A stretch of DNA of 64,000 bases from Podarcis gaigeae (lineage: Eukaryota). Positions 63,533 through 64,000 of this stretch are shown in pieces. The stretch lies in the NCBI GenBank assembly GCA_964106915.2, contig OZ066919.1. One strand, 5' to 3'. Made by a program: the position numbers and the translations under genes. The first letter of the stretch is position 1. The number at the start of each line of letters is the position of its first letter. Under the pieces are notes generated by a model. The model had not been told where the DNA came from. It saw nothing but the letters and a program-made list of their open reading frames with translations, and did no database searches.

Positions 63533-63893
63533 GGGATGCGGGTGGCACTGTGGGTTAAACCACAGAGCCTAGGGCTTGCCGATCAGAAGGTCGGCGGTTC
63601 GAATCCCCACAACAGGGTGAGCCCCTGTTGTTCAGTCCCTGCTCCTGCCAACCTAGCAGTTCAAAAGCACGTCAAAGTGCAAGTAGATAAATAGGTACCA
63701 CTCCGACGGGAAGGTAAACGGCATTTCCGTGAGCTGCTCTGGTTTCGCCAGAAGCAGCTTAGTCATGCTGGCCACATGACACGGAAGCTGTACGCCGGCT
63801 GCCTCAGCCAATAAAGCGAGATGAGTTCTGCAACCCCAGAGTCGTCCGCAACTGGACCTAATGGTCAGGGGTCCCTTTACCTTTACCTTTACC
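63533..63893 (+). mobile_element. Full-length Sauria SINE
   Basis: tRNA-like head with B box GGTTCGAATCC, (ACCTTT)n tail, TSD TGATTCTTAT/TGACTCTTAT. Confidence 0.95.
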
Positions 63894-64000
63894 TGACTCT
63901 TATAGTGGAATTGAAATGCTTTAAATGGAGGTGTGGATGTGAGCTTGGTAACATCATAGGGAATTGTAAAAAACAAAATAAAAAACATATTTAAAAACAT

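Noticed and set aside
1-64000. CRISPR arrays, rRNA, prokaryotic operons or defence systems
   Set aside because: Eukaryotic intron/TE landscape; no regularly spaced repeat-spacer structure or such genes seen.

Overview
Vertebrate genomic DNA from a squamate, most likely a lacertid-type lizard (inferred from the repeat content: BovB LINE, Sauria SINE, tRNA-Lys/CR1-tail SINE, CR1, L2, hAT and Tc1/mariner MITEs). The only host gene I can support is the 5' part of SULF2 (extracellular heparan-sulfate 6-O-endosulfatase) on the + strand. It has a CpG-island promoter and probable non-coding exon 1 (~13.5-15.3 kb, donor at 14495) and coding exons at 29701-29875, 44304-44543 (CCPSR formylglycine motif, Cys88) and 61232-61383; the gene continues beyond the window. 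Nearly all other ORFs in the track are spurious or TE-derived. The two most striking observations are: (1) a 66-bp intronic insertion made of antisense U5 snRNA fused head-to-head to sense U2 snRNA inside a perfect 19-bp target-site duplication (58200-58303), which looks like twin priming on two different spliceosomal RNAs; (2) a tripartite chimera of a BovB 5' end/endonuclease, an inverted 89-bp copy of DNA from 6.4 kb upstream, and a Sauria-SINE 3' tail (7285-8462). Family names come from recall of consensus sequences, not from a database search.
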